A stretch of 33,345 bases of DNA, from assembly GCF_030144855.1 (NCBI RefSeq), contig NC_082734.1, forward strand, positions 7,130,001-7,163,345, written 5' to 3'. Position 1 is the first letter of the stretch. Each line of letters opens with the position of its first letter. The notes beneath the pieces were generated by a model. It searched no databases, was not told the origin of the DNA, and saw only the letters and a program-made list of their open reading frames with translations. Made by a program: the position numbers and the translations under genes. Positions 30,614-33,345 of this stretch are shown here, in pieces. The DNA is from Hypanus sabinus (taxonomy: Eukaryota).

Positions 30614-31518
30614 AGTCAAATCACATTTTATTGTCATTTCGACCATAAACTGCTGGTACAGTACATAGTAAAAACGAGACAACGTTTTTCAGGATCATGG
30701 TGCTACATGAAACAATACAAAAACTACACTAGACTACAGACCTACCCAGGACTACATAAAGTGCACAAAACAGTACAGTCATTACAATAAATAATAAACA
30801 AGACAATAAACACAGTAGAGAGCAGCAGGTTGGTGTCAGTCCAGGCTCTGAGTATTGAGGAGTCTGATGGCTTGAGGGGAAAAAAAGCTGTTACATAGTC
30901 TGGTTGTAAGAGCCCGAATGCTCCGGTGCCTTTTTCCCAGATGGCAGGAGGGAGAAGAGTTTGTATGAGGGGTGCATGGGGTCCTTCATAATGCTGTCCG
31001 CTTTGCGGATGCAGCGTGTGGTGTAAATGTCTGTAATGGCGGGAAGAGAGACCCCGATGATCTTCTCAACTGACTTCACTATCCGCTGCAGGTTCTTGCA
31101 ATTTGAGATTGTGCAGTTTCTGAATCAGGCAGTGATGCAGCTGCTCAGGATGCTCTCAATAAAACCCCTGTAGAATGTGGTGAGGATGGGGGAGGGGGGA
31201 AGGAGATGAACTTTTCTCAGCCTTTGTTGAAAGTAGAGATGCTGCTGGGGTTTCTTTGCTATGGAGCTGGTGTTGAGGGACCAGGTGAGATTCTCCGCCA
31301 GGTAAACACCAAGAAATTTGGTGCTCTTAATGATCTCTACTGAGGAGCCTTTGATGTTCAGCGGAGAGTGGTCTGCTGAAGTCAACAACCATCTCTTTTG
31401 TTCACATTCAGAGACAGGTTATTGGCTCTGCACCAGTCCGTTAGCCGCTGCACCTCCTCTCTGTATGCTGACTCATCGTTCTTGCTGATGAAACCCACTA
31501 CGCTCCTGTCATCACATT
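30614..31518 (-). mobile_element. Rex1/Babar LINE 3' part nested in an older + strand Rex/Babar copy (30515-31950)
   Basis: ORFs 31125..31388 (STKFLGVYLAENLTWSLNT...FYRGFIESILSSCITA) and 30891..31079; 7-bp TSD AGCATCA (30607 / 31519). Confidence 0.75.
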
Positions 31519-31974
31519 AGCATCATCCATCATCAGGGACCCCTGCACCAAAGTCATGCTCTCTCTTGCTGCTGCCATCAGGAAGAAGGTATGGGAACCT
31601 CAAGACTCACATCACCAGGTCCAGGAAGTTATTACTGTACCCCATAACCATTAGGCCCTTGAACCAGAGAGGATAACCACTCAACTTCACTCACCCCCAT
31701 CACTGAACTATACCCATAAACTATGGACTCACTTTCAAGGACTCCTCATCTCAATTTCTCGATATTCTTTGCTTATTTATTTATTGTTATTATTTCTCGT
31801 TTATTGTGTTTGCACAGTTGTCTTTTTGAACTCTGGTTGTTTGCCCAGTCTTTCAATGATTCCATTAGTTATTGGATCTACTGGGTATTCCCGCAAGAAA
31901 ACGAATCTTACGGTTGTGTACGATTATCACTTAATAAGTTTACTTCGAACTTTGAGCTCGTACAGGAGGAGAAC

Positions 31975-32445
31975 CAGAGGCGAGCCATGTGACGTCATGT
32001 ATCCTTTGGTGTATGACGTAGAATGTGACCCGGATTCAATTGCGTGCGTCTCTTGGGCGCCATGTTCTTCGTCCTCTTGTCGAGCGGGTAGTGGATCCGT
32101 CGCTGAGCTCGGACAGAAGGGCAAGGTAAATAATATTAATTTAGCGGCTTTATACTTGACGTGGAGGATTCAGAGGTAGTCATTTAATAGTGTTCTTCCG
32201 GTTCCTTAGCATTAAGTCAGCTGCCATTATCATTTTATTTCAATCGAGTGGCTTCAGCCCCGGTTAGGAAAGATTGACAAGGCGCCCGACCAATAAGGGA
32301 ACAGAACTGGGAAGAGTGGTCCAATGGAGAGATGCGGGCGGGGCCGTCGATGCTGGGCTGCCGAACTTTGGGGAGGCTGTGGAACCTGTTAAACCAAAAA
32401 CCAGCGTTGTGGCAAGGAAATGGTTAACGGCCCGCGTTCACTCAG
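31975..32445 (+). promoter_or_regulatory. CpG-rich promoter of an unidentified downstream gene with a probable non-coding first exon ending at 32125
   Basis: CRE TGACGTCA 31990-31997, half CRE at 32014, YY1-like CGCCATGTT 32058-32066, donor AAG|gtaaat at 32126, CCAAT at 32290 and 32321, GC box GGGCGGGG 32336-32343. Confidence 0.65.
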
Positions 32446-32641
32446 TCAAAGGAAAGGAAATCGCTTCTCTTCACATTCTGATTATGGGCCAGTCGGGTTT
32501 GGGATGTGACAGTGGAAAAAGAGAGGAAGGCCCTACATATAAACTGTCTTTCATTTGCTTTCTCCCGTGTGTACCTATCCAGGCCTCACTTCAGTGAACC
32601 GCTTGTTACATGTAATGGTGCAGTCCTGTCATTTCTTAAAT

Positions 32642-32945
32642 CATGAGAGTAGAATCAGTCCATTCTGCCCCTTTCGATCATACCTGGTATATTTTCTTGC
32701 TCAATTTCATTCTCTTGTCTTCTCCCCGTAACATAAAGAGCCTAGCAACTTCCGCTCTAAATATACCCTCCACAGCCATCTGTGGCAATGAATTCCACAT
32801 AATCACCAACCTGTGTTCACCAGGGACGTCCTTCTATACTGACTGCGCCATCGATACTGGACTCTTCCAGCATCTGAAGATTCCTCTCCATGTTCACTTC
32901 GTCTGGGCCTTTAAATATTTGGTAGACTTCTCTGAGTTCTCGTTT
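32642..32945 (-). mobile_element. CR1-type LINE 3' fragment
   Basis: ELREVYQIFKGPDEVNMER; reverse of LVIMWNSLPQ. Confidence 0.65.
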
Positions 32946-33345
32946 TCTCTCTCTCCCTCCCTCCTCCCACTCTTTCTCTCCCTCCCTCCTCCCACTCTTT
33001 CTCTCCCTCCCTCCTCCCACACTTTCTCTCCCTCCCTCCTCCCACTCTTTCTCTCCCTCCCTCCTCCCACTCTTCTCTCCTCCCACTCTCTCACCCTCCC
33101 TCCTCCCACTCTCACTCCCTCCCTCCTCCCACACTCTCTCTCTCCCTCCTCCCACTCTCTCTCTCCCTCCCTCCTCCCACTCTCTCTCCCTCCCACCTCC
33201 CACTCTCTCTCCTCCCTCCTCCCCCACACTCTCACCCTCCCTCCTCCCACTCACTCTCCCTCCCTCCTCCCACTCTCTCTCCTCCCTCCTCCCACTCACA
33301 CTCTCCCTCCCTCCTCCCACACTCTCTCTCCCTCCCTCCTCCCAC
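32946..33345. repeat. Polypyrimidine minisatellite, ~19-25 bp unit (CTCTCTCCCTCCCTCCTCCCA), truncated by the window end
   Basis: Tandem copies directly visible. Confidence 0.95.

Noticed and set aside
31996-32064. Minus-strand AACATGGCG start (MAPKRRTQLNPGHILRHTPKDT*)
   Set aside because: It stops after 22 codons with no good donor; the motif is better explained as a YY1-like site.
32817-33320. 167-aa and 118-aa G/E/R-rich minus-strand ORFs
   Set aside because: They are translations of the C/T minisatellite plus a CR1 remnant, not genes.
32946-33345. CRISPR-like array
   Set aside because: Low-complexity tandem repeat without unique spacers, in a eukaryotic context with no cas genes.

Overview
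Eukaryotic, repeat-rich vertebrate genomic DNA. The CR1/HE1-type tails, V-SINEs, Rex1/Babar and Penelope-like repeats suggest a cartilaginous fish, probably a ray (inference). The window holds one complete gene, EIF3L (+ strand, 15 coding exons, 2726..26466, 1686 nt, 561 aa), reconstructed by hand with all splice phases in register. It has a CpG-rich promoter with a TCT/5'TOP-like start, one GC-AG intron and two poly(A) signals. A second CpG-rich promoter with a probable non-coding first exon lies at ~31.98-32.35 kb, and a C/T minisatellite runs off the right end. Introns contain nested fossils of Chapaev3-like, Tigger/pogo, Tc1-MITE, L1, CR1, Rex/Babar and RTE-derived elements, SINEs and a solo LTR. 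The most interesting signals are at the RNA level: (i) a non-autonomous RTE-derived element whose TSD-defined 5' end is exactly G1 of a decayed HDV-like ribozyme fold; (ii) a dispersed family of short Penelope-derived hammerhead cassettes with 10-bp TSDs, one copy forming a fold-back between the two EIF3L poly(A) signals; (iii) a candidate 39-nt poison exon and a UGAG-motif array in EIF3L intron 2. Repeat family names come from recalled motifs, not database searches.
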